A stretch of 64,000 nucleotides of DNA. Source: Geopsychrobacteraceae bacterium. Its GTDB lineage: Bacteria > Desulfobacterota > Desulfuromonadia > Desulfuromonadales > Geopsychrobacteraceae. Location: the NCBI GenBank assembly GCA_963662315.1, contig OY759353.1:4448001-4512000 (forward strand), read 5' to 3'. The position numbers and the translations under genes were made by a program. Positions 27,467 to 38,786 of the stretch are shown piece after piece. A model generated the notes under the pieces. The model worked only from the letters and a program-made list of their open reading frames with translations. It had not been told where the DNA came from and ran no database searches. Every line of letters begins with the position of its first letter. Position 1 is the stretch's first letter.

Positions 27467-27849
27467 TCAGCCAGGCTGATTAGTGGCCGCATCTTTCATC
27501 ATGGCTTTGCGCAGCCATGGTGGTGGAGTTCCTTGTAGAACCTGCTGTAATTTTTCCACCGTATCTGCAATAGGTGCTCGATCTTTACTCTTGAGAGGAT
27601 GAATCTTTTGGCAACGAGGCGTGCCGCCGCTGGGCCACCAATTTCAGCAACATAAACCAGAGCACAATCATTTAGACCGCTGCAGCGTGCTTCGATGCGA
27701 TCGGCTTCGTCATCTCCTTCTGATTTTACCTGGATGATTCCGCTAAATTCGGCGCTGTCACTGGAGATATCCCAGATATAAAATTCTTCAGCACGACCGA
27801 AGTGCTGATCGATGTGGATTTTATCTGTACTTGCAAATGCTACTTTCAT
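27467..27849 (-). pseudogene. nifX: NifX with a single-base frameshift at the A-run 27606-27609 (possible sequencing error)
   Basis: MKVAFASTD..HFG...IGGPAAARLVAK; adding one A restores KIHPLK...LQGTPPPWLRKAM, giving 127 aa. Confidence 0.85.
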
Positions 27850-27981
27850 GGATTCACCTCGCCCATGCTTTTGCTCTACGAGCTGTAATTTTCTGGTCCG
27901 AGTCATAATTTTACCGTCCCGTTTTGCTCGTTTAGCACCGAACCTGTCTGCAACCACGAGGTGTGCAGACAGGTCAGTCGA

Positions 27982-29445
27982 CTAACGCATCATCTCGAAC
28001 CACTGATCTTCACAAGTTTCATCTTTGATTTCCATGAACTTGTTACAGATAGTAGTCAGGAAATTGATAGTTCCCTGATAACCGATAACCGGAGTCCGGT
28101 GCAGGTTAACACGGTCGATAATCGGGAAGCCGATCCGGAAGTGAGGGATCTTGGCGTCACGAGCAACCCATTTACAGTGAGTATCACCGATGATTGCATC
28201 AACTGGATCAGTCATACACAGGCTGCGCATATGCCAGAGGTCTTTGTTAATGTAAACAGTTGCTTGAGCACCGTAAGGAGAGGTCGCCAACAGAGCTTCC
28301 ATTTCCTTCTTGAATTTCTTGTTGGAACGTGAGCAGAGAACGTGGTAGGGAACAGCGCCCATTTCCAGCAGGAAGGAAACTATGCCCAGCAGGTAGTCAG
28401 GGTCGCCAGCGATGGCGAATTTCTTACCGTGAATGTACTGATGTGAGTCGGTCATGGCATCAACTGCACGACCACGCTCGGACTTCAGAGAAGCCGGGAT
28501 CTCTTTACCGAACAGTTCAGCCAGTTTCATCAGGAACTCATCAGTTTTCTTGATCCCCATGGGCAGTGGCATAATCAGGTTTTCACCGGCAAATTCAGAA
28601 GTGATGTACTTCATGGACTCTTTGGTACACCAATTCATCAGCGAAATAGTCGCTTTGCCATTGATGGAATCTGCGGCCTCTGCAAGAGGGGTTCCTCCTT
28701 GATACATGCTGTAGTGACCATCACAGACAGAATCAAATACGTCAGAAACATCCGGAAGCATGGTGTAGGGGATATCCATGGCTTCAAGATATTTCTTATA
28801 CTCGCGCAGATTTCCGGTGTTGCCATCGAACCCTGGGATGAGGTTCAGTTTTCCGGTACATTTGCCTTCGACTTTTTTCCCTTCGGTAAGGTACTTCAGC
28901 ACGGACGCCAGCATGTTGTCGTAACCATTGATATGCGTTCCGTTAAAGCTGGGAGTGTTGGCATAAGGGGTCGGCAAATCTTCGGGGATGAGACCGTCAT
29001 TCTTGGCATTTCTGATAAATGAGTTCAGGTCGTCACCGATAACTTCAGGCATACACGTGGTGTAGATCGGCATAATAGCCGGTTTGTACAGAGTGTATGC
29101 ATTTTGTAGTGCTTCATGAAGGTTGTTCTGACCACCGAAAACCGCACCGTCCTCAGTCATGGCACTGCAGGTCGCTGCTGAAGGCTCACGGAAGTGACGG
29201 CTGAACGTACTCCGGAAGTAAGAAGCACACCCTTGAGAACCGTGAACGAAAGGCAGGGACCCTTCAAAACCGTGGGCAACCATCTGGGCACCCAGAGGTT
29301 GACAGGCGTGAGCCGGATTGATAACCAGAGCCTCACGGGAGAAGTTCAGTTCTTTGTACTCTTCAGTATTGATCCAGTTTTTAACCCGCTCAATCTCTTC
29401 CGGAGAGTGCTCGGTCATTTCTTTTGCTACAATTTGTTCGCTCAT
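27982..29445 (-). CDS. nifK: Nitrogenase MoFe protein beta subunit
   Basis: INPAHACQPLG, HGSQGCASYFR, TTCMPEVIGDD. Confidence 0.97.
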   Translation of the reverse strand: MSEQIVAKEMTEHSPEEIERVKNWINTEEYKELNFSREALVINPAHACQPLGAQMVAHGFEGSLPFVHGSQGCASYFRSTFSRHFREPSAATCSAMTEDGAVFGGQNNLHEALQNAYTLYKPAIMPIYTTCMPEVIGDDLNSFIRNAKNDGLIPEDLPTPYANTPSFNGTHINGYDNMLASVLKYLTEGKKVEGKCTGKLNLIPGFDGNTGNLREYKKYLEAMDIPYTMLPDVSDVFDSVCDGHYSMYQGGTPLAEAADSINGKATISLMNWCTKESMKYITSEFAGENLIMPLPMGIKKTDEFLMKLAELFGKEIPASLKSERGRAVDAMTDSHQYIHGKKFAIAGDPDYLLGIVSFLLEMGAVPYHVLCSRSNKKFKKEMEALLATSPYGAQATVYINKDLWHMRSLCMTDPVDAIIGDTHCKWVARDAKIPHFRIGFPIIDRVNLHRTPVIGYQGTINFLTTICNKFMEIKDETCEDQWFEMMR

Positions 29446-29568
29446 GGCGATAACTCCTCTATTTTTCACCATTTAAAGATATCCGGTGGCTGCATACAAT
29501 CCACCTGTCCACCGACCCTGGTGGGTCGGTGGTGATTGGATATCGATGGTTTCATTGGAAATCAATTG

Positions 29569-31011
29569 TTAAAAGGGACTCTTGACTAAGCTCCACGTAG
29601 GCGAATTGATCGCCATGTCGATGTCACGGGCAAAGATTTTGAAACCTTCGTAACCGTGATAAGGACCGGAATAATCCCAGCTGTGCATTTGACGGAAGGG
29701 GATACCTGCTTTTTGGAAGACGTACTTCTCTTTGATCCCGGAACCGACAAGGTCAGGTTTGAATTCTTCAACGAATTTATCCAATTCAAATTCAGAGACG
29801 TCATCATATATCAGTGCTCCTTTAGCCAACTCCGGTGCGGTACGATCATAGTCGTCCTGGTGGGCGAATTCGTAACCGGTACCGGTAATCTGGATACCAA
29901 GATCTTCGTAGGCACCGACGGTGTGGCGGGGACGCAGACCACCGACGAACAGCATTGCCGTTTTGCCATCAAGACGTGGCTTGTACTCAGCGACAACCGC
30001 TTCCATTTCGGCAGTATGCTTGGCAATAACCGCTTCAGCTTTTTCCTTGATGGAATCGTCGAAACGATCGGCAATAGCGCGGATACTTTCAGCGATTTTG
30101 GTCGGGCCAAAGAAGTTATACTCGATCCATGGAATACCGTATTTTTCTTCCATGACCTTACACATGTAGTTCATGGAGCGGTAGCAGTGGATAACGTTCA
30201 GCTTGACCTGGTAGGTGGCAGAGATTTTTTCGATCTCGCCGTCACCGGTCCAGATTGCTTTAACATTAAGACCCATTTCTTCAAGGATCGGCTTAGCTGC
30301 CCAGACGTCACCACCGATGTTGTAGTCACCGATCAGGGCAATATCGTAAGGACCCGGCTCATCTTTAAACTTGTACTTGCCGAACAGAAAGTCGCGGATC
30401 GAGTCGTTGGAGATGTGGTGACCCAGCGATTGGGAAACCCCTCGGAAACCCTCACAGTTACAAGGGATAACGACTTTACCCAGCTCTTTTTCCATCTTCT
30501 TGGTGACGGCGTTGATGTCGTCACCGATCAGTCCAACCGGGCATTCCGACAGAACGGACAACCCTTTACACAGGGGGAACAGTTCGTTGGCTTCTTTTAA
30601 CAACTTCTCGAGCTTTTTATCTCCACCATAAACGATGTCACGCTCTTGAAAATCAGAAGTGAAGTCCATCGGAAAGGAGGTAACACCGGGAATCCCCTGC
30701 ATCAGGTTACGACGGGTACCCCAACTGTAAACACCACAACCGATCGGGCCGTGAGATACGTGAACTACGTCACGAATCGGGCCCCAAACAACTCCTTTAG
30801 CACCGGCGTAGGCACAACCACGTTGACTCATAACACCAGGAACAACCTTACGGTTGGATTTAACGGCACAGACGGAATCACTTGGCTCGTTGGCACCCAG
30901 GTGAGGGGCGCGCTTTTTTGCAGCCTTTTCAGGCATGAACGCGAGGGTTTCTTCGATCAGCTTCTCGGTTCTTTCTTTACTAATGCCCTCAATGGGCTTT
31001 CTCTCAGCCAT
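29569..31011 (-). CDS. nifD: Nitrogenase MoFe protein alpha subunit
   Basis: [29 protein letters not shown] (FeMo-co Cys) and MHSWDY (FeMo-co His). Confidence 0.97.
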   Translation of the reverse strand: MAERKPIEGISKERTEKLIEETLAFMPEKAAKKRAPHLGANEPSDSVCAVKSNRKVVPGVMSQRGCAYAGAKGVVWGPIRDVVHVSHGPIGCGVYSWGTRRNLMQGIPGVTSFPMDFTSDFQERDIVYGGDKKLEKLLKEANELFPLCKGLSVLSECPVGLIGDDINAVTKKMEKELGKVVIPCNCEGFRGVSQSLGHHISNDSIRDFLFGKYKFKDEPGPYDIALIGDYNIGGDVWAAKPILEEMGLNVKAIWTGDGEIEKISATYQVKLNVIHCYRSMNYMCKVMEEKYGIPWIEYNFFGPTKIAESIRAIADRFDDSIKEKAEAVIAKHTAEMEAVVAEYKPRLDGKTAMLFVGGLRPRHTVGAYEDLGIQITGTGYEFAHQDDYDRTAPELAKGALIYDDVSEFELDKFVEEFKPDLVGSGIKEKYVFQKAGIPFRQMHSWDYSGPYHGYEGFKIFARDIDMAINSPTWSLVKSPF

Positions 31012-31117
31012 TTGTTGCTCCTTCAAACGGTTTATGGGAAGTCAGGCAAGTGCATAATAGTGATCAGCCGCGACTTACCTGACTTCTGATCAGTCACTTA
31101 AGAGTTCGAAAATCAGA

Positions 31118-32353
<1,236 letters not shown>

Positions 32354-32403
32354 TATTGCAGTTATCAATGTCACGACATCGTGTTGTTGATGCCAGATAT
32401 ATA

Positions 32404-32419
32404 AGCATGACCTGTGCCA
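32404..32419 (-). promoter_or_regulatory. sigma54 promoter of nifH
   Basis: TGGCAC-AGGTC-ATGCT. Confidence 0.87.
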
Positions 32420-32753
32420 AGTTTGTTGAAAAAAATGTAAAGTGCTGAAAGAAAAAGGGAAAACTTAAAATATAAAAGTTGTACGTCTGAAAACCTTCTT
32501 GTCTGACCAATGTGCAATTGCGTGTTTGCATAGAAAATGTGCATGAGCATATTGTTTGTGCAATCTTTCTAAGCATTGGAAATGCCTGACGTTTTCAGTC
32601 AGGAACTTGGTGCAGGAGGTTTGTGCCAGGCAGCTCTTACGCTTAACGGTCTGAAATTGAAAAATCGTGAATCGTTACAGGGCGCAAAGATTGATGATGT
32701 GCCTAGAAAATAATCTTTTAGAAAAGGGCATAAGCGGGTTGGGGGGAAATAAC

Positions 32754-32781
32754 AAGGTGAAAGGAGTGGTCCTTTCACCTT
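32754..32781 (-). terminator. Hairpin/terminator after the PPIase gene
   Basis: AAGGTGAAAGGA-GTGG-TCCTTTCACCTT. Confidence 0.7.
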
Positions 32782-32789
32782 TGAAGATA

Positions 32790-33227
32790 TTATTTGGATG
32801 GTAATATTTCGGCAAGTTTAAGGGCAAACGTCAGATCGAGCCCGGCCAGGGAATGGTTTCCATCAAGGGTGATGATGTCGTTTTCGATCTTGATAATCAT
32901 CATAATGCGTGTCTCTCCGTCAGCAAATTCAAGGTTCAGCTTTTGCCCTACCTTGAGTTCTTTATCGGGAGGGAAAGTGCTGCGCTTTACTTTGAAGATG
33001 TTTCCGTCAAGTCGTTCACCGTAAGCATCCTTGGCCGCAATCAGAATATTTTTAACCTCCCCCTCTTTCATGCCGATAATTTCAGCCTCCAGAGCGGGGA
33101 AGATTTCGTTATTTCCCAGGGTTACGATAAGTGGCGCATCGTCGTCACGGCTGTCAAAGATGCGGCCGTTATCGAGTGTTCCAATATAATGAACCGCCAC
33201 TCGATTCCCTATTTGTGCGAATTTCAT
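32790..33227 (-). CDS. FKBP-type peptidyl-prolyl isomerase (SlyD/SlpA-like)
   Basis: VHYIGTLDNGRIFDS, AYG, DGNHSLAG. Confidence 0.92.
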   Translation of the reverse strand: MKFAQIGNRVAVHYIGTLDNGRIFDSRDDDAPLIVTLGNNEIFPALEAEIIGMKEGEVKNILIAAKDAYGERLDGNIFKVKRSTFPPDKELKVGQKLNLEFADGETRIMMIIKIENDIITLDGNHSLAGLDLTFALKLAEILPSK

Positions 33228-33673
33228 TCAAACTCTCCTGAGGATATGATCCAAAAACGTTCATCAAAATGATGTTCAAGAATAGGGCAGACATCTTGCC
33301 AGGCGAGTCCCCCGAGGCCACAGCCTGGGCGGGGGACTATGATTTTCTGCCATTTCTTGTAGTTACAAAGTTCAACCAGCTCACGACAGGATTGCTCAAT
33401 AATTTTAAGCTCCGGTCTTTCAAAAGGGCTTGCTTCAACGGGAAAAGAGACAATCCGATGTCCCAGATCAAAAACATGCAGGCCATGCATGGTTATTTGG
33501 GTGCCCAATGTGTAGGCAAGGTTGTCTATTTTGTCAGCAGCCTGACGGGCACACCCCCGCGGCATGGCGCATGTACCGTCTCTTTGAACCAGTCCCCCTG
33601 TGGTTACAGCAACGATACATCCACGACGATGGTAATCCCAAAGATCCCCCTTGATCAGTTGCAACTGAGTCAT
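33224..33673 (-). CDS. Macrodomain (ADP-ribose-binding, TARG1/DarG-like) protein
   Basis: IKGDLW, AMPRGCA, IVSFPV and PRPGCGLGGLAW macro-fold motifs. Confidence 0.75.
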   Translation of the reverse strand: MTQLQLIKGDLWDYHRRGCIVAVTTGGLVQRDGTCAMPRGCARQAADKIDNLAYTLGTQITMHGLHVFDLGHRIVSFPVEASPFERPELKIIEQSCRELVELCNYKKWQKIIVPRPGCGLGGLAWQDVCPILEHHFDERFWIISSGEFE

Positions 33674-33963
33674 TGGGCCATCCGCTCTCGGGCAACGGAA
33701 ACCAGAAAATCAAAAACCTCTTCTCTGGTTTCGATAAACCGTGGCATCTCATAAATCATCAGCTCTTCCAGCTTTTCAAGAATGTTGCCGTCTTCATAAC
33801 CAAGCTCATTCATGACGGCTTCAAGCATGGCCAGGACATCGTAGAGATCATCACGATCAAACGGGTTCGGATCTGGTTTTTGGGAGAACTTTGGTTCGTC
33901 CCGGTTTTCTTTTTTGTGCTTATATTTATAAAACAAGTCTGAAGGCTTTATTATAACGGGCAT
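33670..33963 (-). CDS. Hypothetical acidic protein (97 aa)
   Basis: RBS AGGAG; ATGA overlap couples it to the macrodomain gene. Confidence 0.7.
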   Translation of the reverse strand: MPVIIKPSDLFYKYKHKKENRDEPKFSQKPDPNPFDRDDLYDVLAMLEAVMNELGYEDGNILEKLEELMIYEMPRFIETREEVFDFLVSVARERMAQ

Positions 33964-33974
33964 AATAACTCCTG

Positions 33975-34211
33975 TTAGCTGCAGGACGATCCACAGCCAC
34001 CTGCGCCACAATGGTGTTTTTTCTCACAGACGTCGGCTTTCCCGGCATGGCTGGCCATGAATTCGGATAAACTGCTTTGCTCGACAAACCATTCGCCATC
34101 AATTTCCTCTCCCTTGATCAGACCACGCTTGACATGCATGAGAACATTGAGATCGGTACTCTTCATCTGGCTGGCGGCTTTGCTGATAGGTAACAAGTTC
34201 GTTTCACTCAT
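33975..34211 (-). CDS. Small protein with an excisionase/MerR-like HTH and a Cys/His-rich tail
   Basis: LLPISKAASQM...VLMHVKRGLIKG..IDGEWFV; tail CEKKHHCGAGGCGSSCS; RBS AGGAG. Confidence 0.65.
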   Translation of the reverse strand: MSETNLLPISKAASQMKSTDLNVLMHVKRGLIKGEEIDGEWFVEQSSLSEFMASHAGKADVCEKKHHCGAGGCGSSCS

Positions 34212-34314
34212 TGCTATTCTCCTGACGTTGCACCCGGTAAAACGGTCGTTTTAGATGCGGGTGGCTGTTGAATTTCTGATGCCACCTCTCTGTAGCAACG
34301 ACTTATAATTTTTT

Positions 34315-35208
34315 TTACTGACGTGCCAGCGGTGACAGGCTCATCAACTGTGGGGTTAGCTCTTCTATGTCCTGGCGAACCTTGGTGTCCAGTTTCTTAA
34401 GCCAGTCTTTGGGGAGCGCATCAAAACCATAAAAGGCTCCGGCAATCATTCCGGCGATGGCTCCTGTGGTGTCAGCATCTCCTCCTTGGTTGACGACACC
34501 GATGAGACACTCTTCAAAATCTGCCGTGGAGAACAGGTAATGAAAAACTGTCTGCAATGTATCAACGACATAACCACTCGCCTGTCCCTTATATTTGTTG
34601 AACTTAAAATTAGGGTAAGCCTCGGTCAGCTCTCTGGTAACGGCATGCAGTGAGAAACGATCGGTGCCGAGTATTCCGGCCTGAACCATCTTACCGACGG
34701 TAATGCTCCCCGCATCGGAAAGCGCATGGTGATGGGTCAGCCGGGCTTGTTCTAACGTATATTGTTTCAGGGCCTCATCACTACCGAGCGAGACCAGGGC
34801 CACGGGAGCCATACGCATGACCGCACCGTTACCGGCGTCCCATTCATTAAGCGGAACCTGCAGTTCACCAGTGTTCATGTAGGCGCGGATCCCTTTTCGC
34901 ACCGTGGAACCGATGTCGATCGGTTTATTGCGCATCCAGGTGACAAAATTATCAGCAATGGCAGCAAGGTCCCAGCCGTTACAGTCAACAATAGCCCGGG
35001 CAATAGCCAGTGACATCTCTGTGTCATCGGTCACCTGGCCCGGTTTGACTCCCAGCCAACCACCACCGATCATTTTTCGGTGCTTCTTGTGTTTAGCCTG
35101 AATCTCTCCAGGGGTCATAAATTCCGTTGTTGCTCCCAGAGCATCGCCAATCGCCAGCCCTAAAAAGGCGGCGAGGGCGCGCGAGTGATGTTCCGTAGTA
35201 ATACTCAT
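34315..35208 (-). CDS. draG: ADP-ribosyl-[dinitrogenase reductase] glycohydrolase
   Basis: GDALGATTEFM, GGGWL, TDDTEM, AGNGAVMR, GGDADTT. Confidence 0.95.
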   Translation of the reverse strand: MSITTEHHSRALAAFLGLAIGDALGATTEFMTPGEIQAKHKKHRKMIGGGWLGVKPGQVTDDTEMSLAIARAIVDCNGWDLAAIADNFVTWMRNKPIDIGSTVRKGIRAYMNTGELQVPLNEWDAGNGAVMRMAPVALVSLGSDEALKQYTLEQARLTHHHALSDAGSITVGKMVQAGILGTDRFSLHAVTRELTEAYPNFKFNKYKGQASGYVVDTLQTVFHYLFSTADFEECLIGVVNQGGDADTTGAIAGMIAGAFYGFDALPKDWLKKLDTKVRQDIEELTPQLMSLSPLARQ

Positions 35209-35993
35209 CCGCCAATCATCACCTTGACATCATACTCGCCACCAAAAACCAGGTATTCATCCTCCCCCTTAAAGAGAGATTTGGGCAGGATGCCGCAGAG
35301 GAAAAAGATTTTTGGCAGAGGGACTGAAACACGCAAAACACGGCTACCGAATTCCCAGGCTTTTTCAAAATCACCGGTAAAGGAATTTAAATTGTTCAAG
35401 CGCATATAAAAGCGATTTTTCTCGATTTCTTCGACAATGACATGCTCTTCAAAATCATTGATCCCGCGATACAGGGTCAGATGTGAGCAACCCGGCATCT
35501 GCCGTTTAAGTTCGTACTGAATGAATGTGTAGACCAAATCCAGTTGCGAAAAGATCGCGTTGGTGCGGGATGATCCTTTCATCCGGTCGACCATGTACTG
35601 GTAGTATTCTTCAGAGTGAATATCCCTGATTTTATTGCGATGAAACGTGGGGATCAGGCCCAGGCGCGATTCAACCCAACCCTTGAGCACGGCTCCTTCA
35701 ATGGAATTGCTGTCAAACAGCCAACCGCGCAAAAAACGCAGATAGCTGTTTTTCAAGCTTTTCTGGCTGCTTCGCGATGCTTCCCGCTGCCACTGATGGA
35801 GCTGAAACGTGACATCCATAAAGTCGTGAAAGCGACTTCCGCGTTCCTCAGCATTGTCAATCCGGTCCAGTTCCTCAAAGAGCAACCTTCCCATGTGTTT
35901 GGCTCCCTGAATTTCAAGTGCCTGAGGGTTAGCATTGTACAATGGTGATGCGATGGACCACGGTGGAAGATTACACAGGTTAATATGGGTCAC
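35205..35993 (-). CDS. draT: NAD+-dinitrogenase reductase ADP-ribosyltransferase
   Basis: SYLRFLRGWLFDSNSIEGAVLKGWVESRLGL, LYRG, LNNLNSFT, GEDEYLV. Confidence 0.95.
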   Translation of the reverse strand: MTHINLCNLPPWSIASPLYNANPQALEIQGAKHMGRLLFEELDRIDNAEERGSRFHDFMDVTFQLHQWQREASRSSQKSLKNSYLRFLRGWLFDSNSIEGAVLKGWVESRLGLIPTFHRNKIRDIHSEEYYQYMVDRMKGSSRTNAIFSQLDLVYTFIQYELKRQMPGCSHLTLYRGINDFEEHVIVEEIEKNRFYMRLNNLNSFTGDFEKAWEFGSRVLRVSVPLPKIFFLCGILPKSLFKGEDEYLVFGGEYDVKVMIGG

Positions 35994-36006
35994 GTGCGTG
36001 TTCAGT

Positions 36007-36570
36007 TTAACCCTCCATCAACAGAATCGCTTCAGCAACTTCTTTGATACTCTTACGCTTGTCCATGGCCAGTTTTTGAATCTTACGGTGAGCTTCAGGC
36101 TCTTTCAGCCCTTGCTTCATCAGTACTCCTTTAGCCCGATCGACCAGTTTACGGGTTTCTAGGCTGTCCTTAAGGGCAGTGACCTCGTCGCGCAGGTTTG
36201 AGAGTTCAATAAATTGATGGATTGCCAAGTCGATGCTGATTTTTAATTGCTCTTCCTTAAAGGGTTTCATCAGATACTGATGAACACCGGCATCCTGGGC
36301 GCGGGACACGGTTTCATGATCGATGGTTCCGGTCAGCAGGACTATGGCTCCACAGGGATCGCGGTTGATTTTAGCGGCAGCACTCACACCGTCCATTACC
36401 GGCATAGTGACATCCATAATCGTCAACAATGGCTTGTGGGTTGCCGCCATGGCGACAGCTTGTGCGCCATCGGCTGCTTCGTATATGTCGTTAAATCCAT
36501 AGTCGGCCAGTGCATTACACACTTGACGGCGAATCAGGGGCTCATCATCTACAACTAACGCAGTTTTCAC
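36007..36570 (-). CDS. gnfR: Response regulator with ANTAR RNA-antitermination domain (GnfR-like)
   Basis: REC domain (DD, MDVTMP, KP) plus LETRKLVDRAKGVLM...EA...IQKLAMDKR. Confidence 0.88.
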   Translation of the reverse strand: MKTALVVDDEPLIRRQVCNALADYGFNDIYEAADGAQAVAMAATHKPLLTIMDVTMPVMDGVSAAAKINRDPCGAIVLLTGTIDHETVSRAQDAGVHQYLMKPFKEEQLKISIDLAIHQFIELSNLRDEVTALKDSLETRKLVDRAKGVLMKQGLKEPEAHRKIQKLAMDKRKSIKEVAEAILLMEG

Positions 36571-36681
36571 GTTGGGATCCTTCTTGTCTGCTTAGCAGGG
36601 GCTCCCCGCGGATAAGCGCGGGGAGCGTTAAGTCGCAAAACTAACTTTGATAGGTGATTAAGGTCTCGATGTTTTCTTGGC

Positions 36682-38034
36682 TTAGCGCCCTTCCGGCGAA
36701 GAGGTGTAACCGGAAATGCCACTGGCGCCACCAATGCTGACGCGCTGGAAGTCGGGGTAGGCTTCCATACCGATTTCCGTTGAGTCACACCCGAGCATCT
36801 CTTCTTCTTCACTGACGCGGATACCGACGGTGTACTTCAGGAGCAGCCACACCACAGAGGTGGTGATGACCACGAAGACCGCCGTAGCGGCGACACCGAT
36901 AAACTGCACGCCGAAACTGGCGTCATCATTGGTGAATGGAACCGCCAGGGTTCCCCATACACCACACACCAGGTGGACGGACAGAGCACCGACAACGTCA
37001 TCAATTTTCAGCTTGTCAAAAAACGGAACAGCCAGCACAACCAGGATGCCACCGACAGCACCGATCAGGGTTGCCGCTCCCAAAGACGGGGTGGCCGGAC
37101 CGGCTGTAATGGAGACCAGACCTGCCAGGGCGCCGTTTAACGCCATGGTCACGTCAACTTTCTTGTACATGATCTGCACCAGGATCATGGCGGCGATCAT
37201 TCCGCCGCAGGCGGCCATGTTGGTGTTGACCATAACGTTGGACATCTCGATGGCGCTGCCAGCAGCGCCCAGAGCCAGAACCGAACCACCGTTAAACCCG
37301 TACCAGCCCATCCACAGGATGAAGGTCCCCAGGGTGGCCAGAGGAATGTTGGAACCGGGCATCGGGTTTATCCGACCGTTTTTACCGTATTTGCCTTTGC
37401 GCGCCCCCAGAATGATGGCACCGGTCAACGCGGCCCAGCCACCAACGGAGTGAACCAGGGTCGATCCGGCATAGTCCGTAAAGCCCATTTCCGACAGCCA
37501 GCCACCACCCCAGGTCCAGGAGCCCTGAATCGGGTAGATGATCCCGGTCAGCACCACACAGAAGGCCAGAAAGCTCCACAGCTTGATCCGCTCGGCAACA
37601 CAACCCGAGACCACGGAACAGGCCGCACCACAGAACACCATCTGGAAGAACCAGTCAGACGCGGCGGCATAGCCACCGGAATAATCACCGGCCAGGGCCG
37701 CGGCATCATCGGCCGACCAGAAACCGAAGCTGCCGATAAAACCACCGTCAACACCGGCGTACATCAGGTTGTAACCGACCACGTAAAACAGAATGCCGGC
37801 AATACCGAACAGGGAGATGTTTTTCAGACAGATGGTGGCCACGTTCTTGGAGCGCACCAGCCCTGATTCGAGCATCCCGAACCCGGCGGCCATCCACATG
37901 ACCAGAATCCCCATGACCAGGAAGGAAAAGGTGTTGAGAATGTAAGACATCTCGGAAACCGGAGCATCCTCAGCCAAAGCGAGGGTCGGTATCAGGCACA
38001 GGAAGGTCAGCAGGACCAAAACCAGTTTTTTCAT
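36682..38034 (-). CDS. amtB: Ammonium transporter (copy 2)
   Basis: GFGMLESG, FFQMVF, DYAGSTLVH, GWYGFNGGS, IDDVVGALSVH (twin His retained). Confidence 0.95.
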   Translation of the reverse strand: MKKLVLVLLTFLCLIPTLALAEDAPVSEMSYILNTFSFLVMGILVMWMAAGFGMLESGLVRSKNVATICLKNISLFGIAGILFYVVGYNLMYAGVDGGFIGSFGFWSADDAAALAGDYSGGYAAASDWFFQMVFCGAACSVVSGCVAERIKLWSFLAFCVVLTGIIYPIQGSWTWGGGWLSEMGFTDYAGSTLVHSVGGWAALTGAIILGARKGKYGKNGRINPMPGSNIPLATLGTFILWMGWYGFNGGSVLALGAAGSAIEMSNVMVNTNMAACGGMIAAMILVQIMYKKVDVTMALNGALAGLVSITAGPATPSLGAATLIGAVGGILVVLAVPFFDKLKIDDVVGALSVHLVCGVWGTLAVPFTNDDASFGVQFIGVAATAVFVVITTSVVWLLLKYTVGIRVSEEEEMLGCDSTEIGMEAYPDFQRVSIGGASGISGYTSSPEGR

Positions 38035-38096
38035 GGTGAATTTCTCCTTAATCTATTGTGATCACTGTCGTTAAGTACGTACAGCCGGAAATGGAT

Positions 38097-38471
<375 letters not shown>

Positions 38472-38513
38472 TCAGCATATTTAAAATTAAATGTTTGTCC
38501 TATACAGGTTATT

Positions 38514-38529
38514 AGCAGCTACCGTGCCA
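38514..38529 (-). promoter_or_regulatory. sigma54 promoter of glnK2-amtB2(-gnfR-draTG)
   Basis: TGGCAC-GGTAG-CTGCT. Confidence 0.83.
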
Positions 38530-38678
38530 AGTTGTAATATGCTGAAAATATGGAGAAAAAGTAGAAGTCAAATAATTGTTGCCTTAAAATTATGCAGATT
38601 GGTTCTGTTGTGCTTAACCGCTAAACATGGTGGCAATGTGGGATGGACGTGGGTGTAAGGCCATACGGCCTGAGGATT

Positions 38679-38731
38679 ATGAAACCTGAAATTTCAAAGG
38701 TGAAATCGCGTAGCGTGTCACGCGCTACGCG
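38679..38731 (+). repeat. Heptamer array plus hairpin
   Basis: ATGAAAC CTGAAAT TTCAAAG GTGAAAT followed by CGCGTAGCG...CGCTACGCG. Confidence 0.6.
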
Positions 38732-38737
38732 TAAGCG

Positions 38738-38769
38738 ATGAGTGCCTCCCCACGGCAGGAGGCACTCAT
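38738..38769 (-). terminator. Stem-loop after amtB1
   Basis: ATGAGTGCCTCC...GGAGGCACTCAT. Confidence 0.65.
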
Positions 38770-38786
38770 GTTTTGCAGGTGGGAAA

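Noticed and set aside
27850..27957. N-terminal extension of the nifX ORF given in the ORF track
   Set aside because: RBS GAGGTG precedes ATG 27849 and homology starts at MKVAFAS
33224..35993. ADP-ribosyltransferase plus macrodomain as a DarTG anti-phage toxin-antitoxin system
   Set aside because: The transferase has DraT motifs, is coupled to DraG and lies beside nifH
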